Source of the DNA: Bilabrum cf. latius
Taxonomy: Eukaryota
NCBI GenBank assembly: GCA_965178125.1
Contig: OZ237774.1
Coordinates: forward strand, 248,001-312,000
DNA length: 64,000 nt
Reading direction: 5' to 3'
The notes beneath the pieces were generated by a model that saw nothing but the letters and a program-made list of their open reading frames with translations, searched no databases and was not told where the DNA came from. Each line of letters opens with the position of its first letter. Position 1 is the stretch's first letter. Of the stretch, positions 40,490 through 53,983 are shown one piece after another. The translations under genes and the position numbers were made by a program.

Positions 40490-42344
40490 TCACTGCCTTC
40501 CAACTCCACCGGCACCACCCTTAGGGCCCTGAACCCCAGGCGCCGGGAATCCCGTCTTGGCAGACACAAGACCAAGAGGGTCAGACCAAGCCTGGCCAGA
40601 CGCAGCGCCTTCCCTGTGCAACATGTCCTGCAGCTCGCCAAGCACGCCCTCCCACCCCACGGTATCCATCCACCCCCTGAACGTGCCCTTGTGCGTCCCC
40701 TGCGCACCCTTGGCCAGCAGCCCATGGGACCCGCGTCTCAACCGTTCCAAGGCGTACCAAAGCTCAAGCTGCCCGCTCGGTGGCTTGTCCATCCTCCACT
40801 TCCGCTATTGCCTGGTTTTCAAGGACGGTGTCGTATCAACGCCCGGCTCCAGTGCCATCTCGTCAAACGGGCCACCACCCTCCTCGCCATTGCCCTTTCC
40901 GCTGTCGAACTTGCCTGCCAGTTTTTGGTCAATTCCCACGTCATGGTCGTGCATGATGTCCATGACCGCCTGCTCTTCGGTGGCTTGCCGCTCCAGCTCG
41001 TCGTACAGCTGAGAAGGCCTCACGCCCGCCTCGTGCAACCTGCTAGCCAGCGTAACGAGGTCGTGGCCCCTCGCGCTCTAGTCGTACTCGCTCATGTCAG
41101 GGCCCTGCCCGAAGCCCCTAAAGCTGAACTCGTCGTCGTCCAAGTCCGCATCGCCCGTCCTGCGATCCTACGCGGCGACAGCGTCTGCCTCGGCTTCCTC
41201 CAGCACGTCCATCAGCCCCTTGACGCCCTGCCTGTGCGCGGGGCCGTCCGCCAGACCCTCCACAGTCGAGGTGCGCGCACTGATCACACCGACCACCCGC
41301 TCGATCTCCGCCGATAGCTGGCCAGGCACCATCACGGGTTCGTGAAGGTTCGGCGAGGGCTGCCCGCCCTGCCCGCCCCCGGGCCGATAGGCCGTGGGCA
41401 CAGCAGGTGGCTGCGCAGCCATACCTTGCTCTTGCCCTTGCTCGAGCTTGGTCGCCACTGCACCAGCGGCATCTTCCTGTCCCAAGGACTCCATGGGCTC
41501 CCTCTTCTGGATGGCCCTGATTTCTTCCGGTGACATCCAAGACCTGTACCTGTTGAACCTCTCCGCCGGGTGCGGCCTCTTCCTCGTGTTGCCCGCAAGT
41601 GCGTCCCTGAGTGCCTTGGTCTGGTCCTGCAGGACCCGTTCCATGATCGCGCTGGGGGCATCCTGCACGCTGGGACCCATGCCTCGCTTGATTGGATCCA
41701 GGTGCACGTTTGCCACTCGCGAAGTGGCCAGGAGGTCCCTGCCGTGCTTGATGGCCCAGTGCTGCGCCATGGCGGCAGCCTCGTCAGGCGATGCACCCTC
41801 CTGCATGTGCCGCGCCTGCTGGGCCACAACGGCAGATGCAAGGGCGGGGCGGCCCAGCAGACGAGTGCCGTGCTCGTCTCGTCTCTTGGCGTCTGTCGTT
41901 GTAACCTGGGGATTTCGCTTCTCGAATTCTCGCAAGAGGCGGTCTTCCACGAATACCAAGCGGGGAATCTCCGAGTGCTTTACCCAACCGGGGTTCGGCT
42001 AGTCTGGCGCTCTTCGCATGCCATCATACATGGGAGTCTGCGGACGGGATAGTAAACAGGCGAAGCAGACTGGAGGGCGTGGCGCACACCACCATGAGGA
42101 GTCGTGCTGGCTCCACGAAGATACTTCGGGCGATGGACGGGACTCATTAAATAAATGGTTGATGCAGTATAATAGTTTTCCACAAGGAGCTCGCATCCAG
42201 AGCCTTTGAACTCGCTGCAGAGCAACCGAGAGACCAGGGTAAGAGCGTAGTCCCTTCTTTATGTCTTACCTTGTACCAAATACCACCACGGATCTGCTCA
42301 CGCAGAGTATCCTTAAATGGCAACCTACGAATGTACCGTGGCAT
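40490..42344 (-). CDS. Mitoribosomal mS23/RSM25-like N-terminus with long C-terminal extension
   Basis: Exon 1 MPRYIRR...GGIWYK is spliced to TPMYDGMRRAPD*PNPGW..IPRLVFVEDRLLREFEKRNP, similar from memory to the mS23 'P.L.Y.EDRLR..F...HP' motif. ORFs 41168-41959, 40805-41038 and 40490-40792 share a frame linked by TAGs. TGA at 40490. Confidence 0.55.
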
Positions 42345-42515
42345 GTTACAAAGGCAAGTGTTCGGCTTGTGGTAGGCAGTAGTTGCATTGAAGAAATCGA
42401 TGCGATTAAAGTCAAATTAGAACGCCACAAATAATAGGCGCCGCCAGTCATCAGGTTCCGCACCTTGACAGACCGACGACAGGTTTTGCGTCCCACCTCC
42501 CAGGATTGGTTCAAG

Positions 42516-43457
42516 ATGGCTGCGGTACGGCAAGCTTCTAGGCGCATGTTTTCATCAACAGCAAAGTCTATGGGAAAGATTAAGAGGAAATTGGTCTTTT
42601 TTGGGGCACCAGGTGTCGGCAAGGGCACATTCGCTGGACGAGTGTCTCCGGCGCTCCGAATACCGGCTATTTCGACCGGAGACATAATTAGGGCTGAGAT
42701 CAAGGGTGGTACTGATCTGGGAAAGAAGTGCTAGGTGAGAGATTGGGCTGTTGGTCCCAGATCTCGTAGACACGAGCCGTATCACGCCATCTTGCAGGAC
42801 TCGCTAGAACTGTGGCAGCTTTTCTGAACAGTTCTGTGCCCTGAAACCTCGAGACTCCACGAGTATTGCAATCATTTTAGTGTGCATGTGTTACTCTGTA
42901 AGATTATGTCGAAGTGCCATGATTCCTTGCAGGAATACTCAGACAAGGGTGACCTGATCCCGGACGAGCTTGTAGATGCCATGGTGGAGAAGCGTCTCGG
43001 CGAGCCGGACGCAAAGCGCGGCTTCATCTTGGACGGATATCCGCGCACGGTTGGTCAGGCCGAAGCCCTGTCAAAGTACATGGATGTGGACGCAGTGGTG
43101 AACATCACGCTGCCGCAGCACGTGCTCATGGAGAAGCTGCTCGGCCGCCGGGTGTGCGAGCAGTGCGGCAGGGGCTTCAACGTGGCTGCCATTCACGAGG
43201 GCGACTTGGACATGCCCCCGCTGCTCCCGAAGAAGGGCGACTGTGACGAGTGCGACGGCGAGCCGACCCTACTGACGCGCGCTGACGACACGGAGGAGGT
43301 CGTGAGGAACCGGCTCGAGGTGTACGACAGAGAGACTTCCCCGGTGCTGAAGTACTACCAGGACCAGGGCAAGACCCAGGATTTCGCGGTGAAGAAGGGG
43401 ATCCAGGATGTGCCGAGGCTATTCGAGGACTTGGGAATCACCGTGGTGGAGGCGTGA
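42516..43457 (+). CDS. Adenylate kinase with mitochondrial-type presequence
   Basis: [29 protein letters not shown] region RRVCEQC, RADD. Exon 1 ends in TAG (42732-42734) directly before the GT-AG intron 42735-42932, giving [17 protein letters not shown]. Confidence 0.93.
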
Positions 43458-43720
43458 CGCAGGGAGGATTCGATAGACTGGTGGATGGTGTGGCGAATGG
43501 CTTCAGATTCCTGTGCTGTATGTATGCAGACAACCACGCAGCGATCCATGGATTAGTTTTGTCACGTGTGGATGTGTGTACATGTCCTATCGTCACGATC
43601 TGCAGCGCGCATAATACTGTTGCAACAATGCAAGCGCACCACTTCAATCCAACGGGGCACGACACCTCACCAGCCTGCCGGCCCAGACGCACACCATGAT
43701 CCGATCACAAGATGATCCGA

Positions 43721-46519
43721 TCACGGGCCCGCATCCCCAGCTGCAGCTACATCCTCCTGTTCTTTGCTCTCCCCCGCACCGGCCTCCCCTCCCTCTTCCT
43801 CTTCGCCCGCCTTGCCCTTCTTCTTCTTGTCCTCCTTGGGCTGATCAATCGTGCCGAATTCCTGCCTGGCGCGCCTGGGATCTCCCTCGGGGATCACAAA
43901 ATGACCCTCCCAGTCACCCGCAGTGGCCTCGGTCGTCAGCTGCACCTTGTGCTGCTCCTTGTGCGCAAGGTACTCGGCCCTCTTCGCCTCGCTTACTGTT
44001 GGCCTTGTCTCTCGTGCCGCCGCCTCAATGCAGTCGGGGCCCAGGGCCCAAGCTGAGGTGTCGTCGCCGCGTTTTTCCGCCGCGATTCGCTGCGACACGC
44101 TCATCTTCACTGCGCGCTTGCACAGCCCGGCGATGTCTGCACCGGTGAGGTGCTGCTCTGCAGACCACCGCGCGAGGCTATCCATGTTGACTCGGCTGTC
44201 CAGGCGCGTCTTCCTCAGGCACGCGTTCACGATGTGCCTGCAGCCCTCCTCTCCCTCGGGCAGACCAACGTAGATGAACTGATCCAGACGTCCTGTCCGC
44301 AGCACGGCAGGGTCAAGGTTATCGAGGAAATTGGTCGCACCGATGATGAACACCTGCTTGCGCTTGCCCATGCCGTCCATTTCCGTCAGCAGCTGGTTCA
44401 CCACCCGGTCCGCTGGGTTGGATCCACCGACCCTGCCTCCCCGCTTGGATGCAATCGAATCCATTTCGTCGAAGAAGATCACGCAGGGTGAGCTCTGCCT
44501 TGCCTTGTTGAAGATGTCGCGGACGTTCTCCTCCGATTCGCCGAACCACTTGGAGTGCAGCTGCGGCCCCTTGATGCTGATGAAGTTGCACTCGCACTCG
44601 TTGGCAATCGCCTTGGCCAGCAACGTCTTGCCGCAGCCCGGGGGCCCGTACAGCAGGGCACCCTGCGGTGCGGTGATGCCCATCTTCTCGAACAGGCTGC
44701 CGTGCTTGATGGGCAGCTCGATCATCTCCCTCAACTCCTGCTTGACCGCATCCAGTCCACCAATGTCTGCGAACTTGGTGTTGGGCCGCGTGACCGCCAC
44801 GTCCCTCATCCCCGAAGGGGTGATTCCCTTGGCCGCATTGAGGAAGTCCTGCATGGTCACGTACAGCTGATCGATGAACTCCACGGGCACCTCTTTCTCG
44901 TCCAAGTCGATGAGGGTGGGGGCCCGGTCACGCACCGTGGCCAAAGCGGCCTTGGTGCACAGTGACGTCAGATCCGCGCCCACGTACCCGTGCGTCATGT
45001 CCGCGATCCGATCCAGGTCCACACCGTTCTGATTGTCCGGGTGCCCCGGGTGCTCCTCCTCGAGCTTCTTGTCGAATGGCTTGAGCTTCATGCCCTTGCG
45101 GACGGTCAGAATCTCCAGGATTTCCATGCGCGCTGCCCTGTCCGGCACGGGGATGGCAATCTCCGAGTCGAAGCGGCCTGCGCGGCGGAGCGCTGGATCC
45201 AGAGCATTCGGCCGGTTTGTAGCGGCGAGCACCATGACCTGCTTGGAGCCTTTGAGTCCGTCCATGCAGGTGAGCAGGGTGGCCACAATCCGCCGCATTG
45301 TCTCGTCCTGCACCTTGTCCCTGTTGGGGGCGATCGCGTCGATCTCATCGATGAAGAGGATGGCAGGCGCGTTGTCCTCGCAGTCCTGGAATGCCTTGCG
45401 CAGGTTCGATTCCGACTGCCCTGCCATGGGCGCCACGATGTCGGGGCCGTTGATGGAGAAGAAATACGCACCCACTTCGTTTGCGATTGCTTTCGCAATG
45501 AGCGTCTTACCGCAGCCGGGGGGTCCTGACATGAGCACCCCCTTTGGTGGCTTGACACCGATGGTCCGGAAGAGCTTGGGCAATCTCAGTGGCAGCTCGA
45601 TCATCTCCCTGATCTGGCCTATCTGCTTCTTGAGGCCGCCAATGTCGCTGTATGACACCGCGTTCAGCGACTTGAGGCCCTCCGTCTCGGGCATGCGATC
45701 CGGAGCCAGAATGATGTCGGTCTGCTGGCGGATGGCCTCCCCCTCTGGACCCCTGGTTGGGGGGGTTGTCGTGTCCACGATCCCCCAGTCGGACTCGGCG
45801 CCCTCCTCCACGGCCCCTTTCGCAGCCACCTCAGTGATGATAAAGGTGAGTTTCTTGCCGCTCCACGGGACCTGGAAGACGTCCCCGGCGCACACGGGGC
45901 GCCCGGGGGCGGGGAAGGAGGCAAAGTACGGCTGCACGATGGTGGAATACACGTCGCCCGTCACGCCGTCGGCCTGGGCCGTGTCGATGAGAGCCACGTT
46001 TACGGTCTTCAGCTGCACGTGTGACGAGGGCTTGACCGTGCAAAAATCGCTGGGCCTCAACCTTAGGTTGTGTCGTATGCTCGTTCCAACCCCGATTGAG
46101 CCCGGGTGAATCTCCTCGCTCTCCTGCACGACCGCCGCGGATACTCGCTTCATCCGACCCTTGATTCGAATCACGTCATCTGCAAAGATGTCAAGCGCTT
46201 CCATGTCGTCGGGGTGCATCTGCACAACGCTGTTGAACGTGCCGGCGTCGGTGCCGGAGGCAACCACAGGCTCATCCACCTGAAGCCTGTTCGCCGGGAC
46301 AAACCTACGAGAGAAGTTAGTAAATAATGAAATAAATTAAGCTGAGCCACTGCACTCGCAAGGGGGGGCTATACTGCGCATGAAAAGGCTGCAACCTTGT
46401 CGTTCTCGAGCAAAAAACTAGATTTTCCTGTCAAAAAAGGAATCTACAGCTACATATTGCGGCCCCAATGATCAATTATACGATAAATACGGCTTGATCT
46501 ACGATATATTAAATGCCAT
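43721..46519 (-). CDS. CDC48: CDC48/VCP-family AAA+ ATPase (divergent)
   Basis: N-domain NRLQVDE..NSVVQM and two AAA domains (GPPGCGKT twice, IDEID, FDEMD, DRVVNQLLTEMDG). The short first exon (ATG 46519) is inferred; the intron has a TACTAAC branch point at 46316-46322. TGA at 43721. Confidence 0.85.
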
Positions 46520-46867
46520 CTCAATGGCAAGCCCACAGTGCGGACGGGTGATGGAAGCGTGCAGCTCACTTTGGTTCCAGCTCGTCGTCCTCGGGAGACG
46601 AATGCTCCCGTTCGATTACTGCAGGCTTGGGCCCAGCATCAGAATCACCTGCACCGCTGCTTGGGTCTCCTGAAGCTGCCATATAGAATGATAGATAAGT
46701 CCCAACTGATCGGGCTTGGATCGCTCGAGATCAAATCTGATTTAGATTCTTGCTCCGGATGGAAAGTAGGGTGCCATTTGGAACACGAGGCGAGCGCGAA
46801 CGGATACAAGGGACGCCAGCTCTGACTCGATCAATACCTGAAATCCAAACTGTATCCCAACTGTAAA

Positions 46868-48066
46868 ATGGAGCTTAACCCAAAATCTTTCGCTAAGAAC
46901 ACGGGATATTCGGTGCAGGAAAGGCCGGTTCGGCACGCGGCAACAAGAAGTGCGTTTGACAGAACTCGGAGAAGCTTTGCCGCCGCGGGGACGCACAGAC
47001 TGGCCCCAGAGCAGGTATCAAGCCCTAGTGATTTTTCACAGCATACTGTCACAATAAAGAAAGACCCGAGGAAGGGTGAGTTTGGTGTGCTCGTACGCAG
47101 AGCATGCTCTGCTGCAACTCAGCGCACCGTGGCACCTTCTCGATTACCCACTACACAATCGCAGATTTCCTGAAAGGAAATAGTGGACTCGGAGGCAAGG
47201 GAATACGGACGCTGCCGAAGGGCGCAGAAGCCGCCATTGAGAAAGTGCGGGCCGCCGTCGCGTCCGGGGAGGGCAAGACGAGTTCGGGCGCCATGTCGCC
47301 CGCCGAATTCAAGGCTGCCACTTCCGGTCTGTCCGCGAGAGAAGCAGAGCAAAGAGCCAGGTGCACTCTCGTGCGATCGCTTGCCGGGACCAAGGTGCGC
47401 CATATTGCGCCGCGCAAGCTGAAGTTGGGAGGAGCGAGCAGGGGCGGCCGAGCAGGTGCTCCCGAGGGCCCGACGAGCATGCGGCCGAACCCTCCCAACA
47501 CGATGTTTCGCACGCAGTACGAGAGCGGAAACCTCCCGATTCGGGCCGAGCACACGAGCGGTGGGCTCAAAGTGGGCTATAAAGGCAAGATGGACGACTT
47601 CGACTACCAGTTCTACCTGCCGGTGTTTGTGACCGGCTTGCGGGAGCTGGAGGAGCCTTACCGCTCCCTCGCTGAGGTGGGTACCATTGACCTCATTCAG
47701 CTGGGAGGGGCCAAGGTGCTCCCAGTGATTCCGCAGCTGATTGTTCCCCTGAGAGAGGCGCTCAACACTCGCAACCCGGAAGTAGTGCTCCGGGTCATGA
47801 AGGTGATCCGGGAGCTGCTCGCATGCAACGAGATGGTCGGGCGCGCGCTGGTGCCATACTACAGGCAGCTGCTCCCCGTGCTGAACATATTCGTAACCAA
47901 GACCGTGCACATGGGAGACAAGTTTGACCACCGTTGCGCAAAAGGCAAGGACCTGGCAGCGGAGGCGCAAAAGACGCTGGAAGAGCTTGAGATGCACGGA
48001 GGCGACAGCGCATTCATCAACATTAAATTCATGGTGCCGACATACGAGAGCTGCGTGCTTGGGTGA
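46868..48066 (+). CDS. PACRG: Parkin co-regulated protein (axonemal inner junction)
   Basis: T.FR..YE.G.LPI, DY..YLP.F..GLRE..EPY, LPVIPQLI.PL..ALNT, ALVPYYRQLLP, AFINIKFMVPTYESC. Intron ~47076-47165. Confidence 0.93.
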
Positions 48067-48226
48067 ATGACGAATACACGATTGATGGTACAGAAACACA
48101 CATGACAAAGTTGCTGACCGACCGAGTGCAAGGATGTTCTCTGCGGCCCACATCGCGCTACCCAAGTGCAGTGCGACCAACTTGAAGGACAGAATGAACA
48201 GAAACCCGACCCCATGCTCTCACTCG

Positions 48227-49666
48227 TCACAGGAACACCACGAGACAGGTCACGTTGTCCGATGAGCCCCTCTTGAGCGACTCCCTCACGATCAGGTCAG
48301 CAGCGCCCTTCATGGCCGCGGCCCGTGAGGGTGCCCCCGCCGGCTCCTTGTCTCCTGGCTGCACGTGAAGGCGGACGAGGTCCACGGCTTCCTGGTCCTC
48401 GAGTACGTCCCACACCCCATCGCACGCGATAATCAGGAATTGACTCGACGCGTTCAGCTTGGTCGTGCTGGTGAACGGCTCCGGGGTCACGTATTTCTTC
48501 ATGGAAAAATCCCCAAAGGCCCGAGCCACGGCCAGGCATCCCATGACCCTCCTCTTCACCACGAAGCCCCCCGCGCTCTCGATACGCCTCACCTCCGGCT
48601 CGTCTGTTGCCTTGTGGTCCATAGATAGCCGCACGGCCCGCCCCTCGTGGCATAGCACGGCTCGCGCGTCACCGCAGTTCGCGGTGTAGACGTACCTCTT
48701 GGGCCCCTGCTGCCTTACGATGCACAGGATGGCAGTGGCACCGCTGGCCGCCTCTCCCGTCCTGGAGCACTCGATATCCGTGAGCACAAAGGCGCTCTTG
48801 AGGCATTCTTCCACGCTCCGATCGGATTTGGCCAGGAGCTCACGCTCCACGTTGTCGTGAAGGTGGGTCCGCAGGTACTCGGCGACGAACCTACCCCCGT
48901 GCCCGTCGTACACCGCGAACAGGCCCGTCCCCTCATCGCCCCCAAACTTGTCTATCACCACGAACGCGTCCTCCATCGTGCTCCTGTAGGCAGCATTCAT
49001 GGCTTCCGCGCCGCTTACCATCCGGACGCTGGAGCACGAGGAGGGGAGGGTCTCCACGGTCGACGCGACTGATTTTGAGGTTCCCCCCAGTGGAATGCGG
49101 AGACGAGCAGTTGTCGAGGCACCCTCAACTGCGGCTGCGGCTCCCTCCCCGGCCCGAGCACCTGTCCCTGTCCCGGCGCCGTCCGATGTAGAGTTGCAGC
49201 CCGTTCCAGGCGCCGTTGCTTCCGAGGGTCCGCCGGCTCCCGATGCTGCTGCGCTCAAGCCGGTTCCAGACCGACTGTCTATTGCTTCTGTTGCCTTCGG
49301 TCCTTTTTCCTGTGTGCCTCCTGCAGCTGCATTTGTTGCTGCATCTGCTGATTGGCTGCTTGCCATAGCAGCCCGCGAATCTCCCCGGAATTTGCTCGTT
49401 GACTGATCGCTCGAGGACGATTCGGTTGCTGATGTATGTGAAGAAGAACTTGCAGGTGCAGAGCCCGCTGGCGGTCTTCCAGATGCAGACAGGTTGGGAG
49501 GACCACCCGGGCCAAGCGGCGTTTCCACGTTTCTAGGCTTCAGTCGCGTTTTCTCGCCTCCATCAGCGGTGGCAGACCCTGATCCGCTGGACGTATGCAA
49601 TATGTGGGATAGAGATGTAGCCCGAAGTTCCTTTCTTGATGCTGCATGTGCTGCAGCACTTGCCAT
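48227..49666 (-). CDS. Protein phosphatase 2C (PPM family, Ptc1-like)
   Basis: MEDA, VYDGHGG, ANCGDARAVL, DHKA, LAVARAFGD, IIACDGVWDV, SSDNVT; ends at TGA. Confidence 0.95.
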   Translation of the reverse strand: MASAAAHAASRKELRATSLSHILHTSSGSGSATADGGEKTRLKPRNVETPLGPGGPPNLSASGRPPAGSAPASSSSHTSATESSSSDQSTSKFRGDSRAAMASSQSADAATNAAAGGTQEKGPKATEAIDSRSGTGLSAAASGAGGPSEATAPGTGCNSTSDGAGTGTGARAGEGAAAAVEGASTTARLRIPLGGTSKSVASTVETLPSSCSSVRMVSGAEAMNAAYRSTMEDAFVVIDKFGGDEGTGLFAVYDGHGGRFVAEYLRTHLHDNVERELLAKSDRSVEECLKSAFVLTDIECSRTGEAASGATAILCIVRQQGPKRYVYTANCGDARAVLCHEGRAVRLSMDHKATDEPEVRRIESAGGFVVKRRVMGCLAVARAFGDFSMKKYVTPEPFTSTTKLNASSQFLIIACDGVWDVLEDQEAVDLVRLHVQPGDKEPAGAPSRAAAMKGAADLIVRESLKRGSSDNVTCLVVFL

Positions 49667-49903
49667 GCTCCCGTCCGTTGCGTTTGCAAGCGTGCGCGTG
49701 ATCCCTTGGCAGGGTTAAGTCGACCGAAAATACCTCCGGTATCTAGTCAAACTATGATTAATACTGTATTTTGCTGTTGACGATGCGATTTATAGCTGTA
49801 ATCAACTGTTCTTGGAGTTAATGCAAATTTCATGTTGGCGGTATTCCGGCTCCGCATCCACGATACGGTCCACTTTTTTCGATTCACCGTTACAGGCTCA
49901 GTG

Positions 49904-51166
49904 ATGCAAAAAGTCTCCTCATCAGCGTAGAGATCAGTGGTCCGAGCCAGTTATTCAATCGCGGCCTGCTCTAGGCGAGCGATGTGGTGCTGCTGCGGCA
50001 GTCATGCCGCTGCAAAGGGCCACGTCAGCAAGGGCGCGGGTGCGATCCTGTCTACGACAAAAGCGGTATCAGCCAGCAGGGCTCTTTCTACAACCAGCTC
50101 TAAAGCGCAAGGAATCTCAGGACATAAGAGGAAATTCGTAGTTTCGGGTGCAAGTGGAATGCTCGGCACGGAGCTTGGCACCATTTGCGTACGGGACGGC
50201 ATCGAGGTCGTGAAGCTCGTCCGCAAACCGTCTGGCAAGCCAGACGAAGCATTTTGGGACCCACTCAGCGGCAAAATCGAGAAGGAAAAGCTTGAGGGAG
50301 CTGACGCGTTCATTCACTTGGCAGGCGAGAACATCGGATCAGGGGACGGCCTGCTCGCTTTCACCGGACGCTGGACGGAAGACAAGAAAAAGAGAATCAT
50401 CCGAAGCAGGCAGTTAGGAACGAAGCTTCTTGCGGAAACTGCAGCGGGGCTGAAGCATCCCCCGAAAGCGTTCATCAGCGCAAGCGGCGTAGGTTTCTAC
50501 GGCGACAGCGGAGACACGGTGCTGACGGAGGACAGGCCCAAAGGAGACGGATTCCTGGCAGACGTGGCCTCTGAGTGGGAACTTGCGACCAAACCCGCGA
50601 GTGACGCCGGCATCCGCACGGTAACCGCCCGCATCGGGGTCATTCTCAGCAAGGAGGCGGGTGCCCTGGAGAAGCTGTACCTGCCCTTCTTCCTTGGGCT
50701 TGGGGGCCCCATAGGCACTGGGGAACAGTGGTTCTCGTGGATCTCCCTGAGGGACGCGGCGAGGGCCCTGAGGTTTCTGGCTGTGGGGGAAGGTGCATCG
50801 CATGGTGGTGCAGCCGCTGCAGGTGCTGCAGGAGAGCACGGCGGCAGCGAGAGCGAGGTCGAGGGCAAGGGCAAGGGCGGAGATGATGCATCTGATTAGG
50901 CATGGGAGCAGAAAGCCAGGGGTCCGGTGAACGTGTGCTCTACTCCCTGCAGGCAGAGCGAGTTCGCCACTGCGCTGGGCTCGGCCATGACCCGCCCTGC
51001 CATCATCCCTTTGCCCTCGTTTGCAGTCAAGCTCATGTTTGGCGAGATGGGGGAGGAGACGATCCTCGTGTCGCTGCGCGGGGACAACAGCAAGCTCACA
51101 AAGGAGCTGGGGTTCAAATTGATGGACGAGACACCTCTGGACGGATGCAAGCAGGCGCTGTAGTAA
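49904..51166 (+). CDS. SDR39U1/TIGR01777-type NAD-dependent epimerase family protein
   Basis: SGASGMLG, IHLAGENI, SASGVGFYG, GGPIGTGEQWFSWI. It continues through TAG 50897 into the family C-terminus GPVN..EFATALG..RP...LPSFAVKLMFGEMG and ends TAG-TAA at 51161-51166. Confidence 0.88.
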
Positions 51167-52251
51167 GCAAACCACTATCGGTCTTGAACCTAGCTAGATA
51201 TTGGACATGGACAGTGACAGCACCGTAGGATCGTTATATTTTCTAATCATATAATTGTTCATGAATAGAGTTTTCCGTGCTATTTCGCCGTTCGTCGTCC
51301 GAACTTTCGCCGCAGTGTGGCCCGGTCAAACTCGACATTTCGTTTACTCCAAAACAAGGGAAGGCCGGCAGCCCTATAAACTCAATATAGCTTGAAAATT
51401 GTAAACACCATGATGAGGCTTGCACGCAGTTTGATGACCGCAAGAAGGGCTTCCAGGAGATTTGGATGGCATGCCGTAACGTGGCCAGTCGCGGCCTGTT
51501 GCCTATACTCAGGGTGCAGGGAAACGCCGCTGCAGTGCAAGTCGTACATGTTGCATTCATGGGGTGAGCGGCACTACATAAGGCGGACCGAGGAGGGACC
51601 GGAAGCATGCGTTTCGAAAGGACATCAATGTGGCTAGAGCGGGCCGTCGGGCTCTGCCCAATGCCGGGCGTCCACACTGCCGTTGACACAGATTGTGCAG
51701 CACAGCGATTCGGGTCCGATCGAACGTACGTCACAGACATCTGGTGTACGCATGTGGCCCGGTCCGGGGGATGTGCTGTTGCTTGGACGAGCACGCATGT
51801 GCGAGGGGGAGCAGCAGGAGCAGCAGGACACTGCCAGTGGCAGGGGGGCGGACAGAATACAGAAATTGTTGCATGCCGGGGTTAGTGGGGCGAGACGTGG
51901 ATTCCAGTCGTTTGGTGCATCAGTTGCTAGCGATCTCACTGGGCTCGACACTAGAGCGGGCTGCATCAGGCGGAGGGGTACTGGAGTGCCAGTCGTGTAG
52001 GGGTCTACCATGGCTGGAGCAGACCGGAGCTGATGCAATGACGGATGTTAGCTGTCAAAGCTGTCCATTGATATTGTTTTCGTGCAATTTTGCTCTCAAA
52101 TCGGCTCGCTTGCAGTCACTGTAAATCTGTGCATTTGTGAAGATGAAAATCAAAATAGCTGGAAAGAACAGCACAAGGGCAACAGCACCATTTATTCCAC
52201 GTGCGAGCATTTGTTGGCCGTGTCTGCCGATAGGTTGATTGGACTATTAGT

Positions 52252-53796
<1,545 letters not shown>

Positions 53797-53983
53797 CGAC
53801 AGTGTCAGAGTGATGGTTGCAAACCCGGAAACCTGACCAATGATCCGATCATCGAACATATATCTGCGATCGCCTGGGTGCGACGCGCGGTTTCAGTCAT
53901 CATGCCGAGTGCTTCGCATAGTGTCGCTATCCGATTGATGCCGTCTCGAGCTGCCGCCCACGCACCCACACCTGGTTCAAAAC

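Noticed and set aside
43696-43724. 13-bp direct repeat ATGATCCGATCAC at the CDC48 stop
   Set aside because: A local slippage duplication; no element lies between the copies.
51410-52033. ~207-codon plus-strand frame open with TAG read-through, with an Arg-rich start
   Set aside because: No domain or clear codon bias. It could be a real small gene, but I cannot support it.
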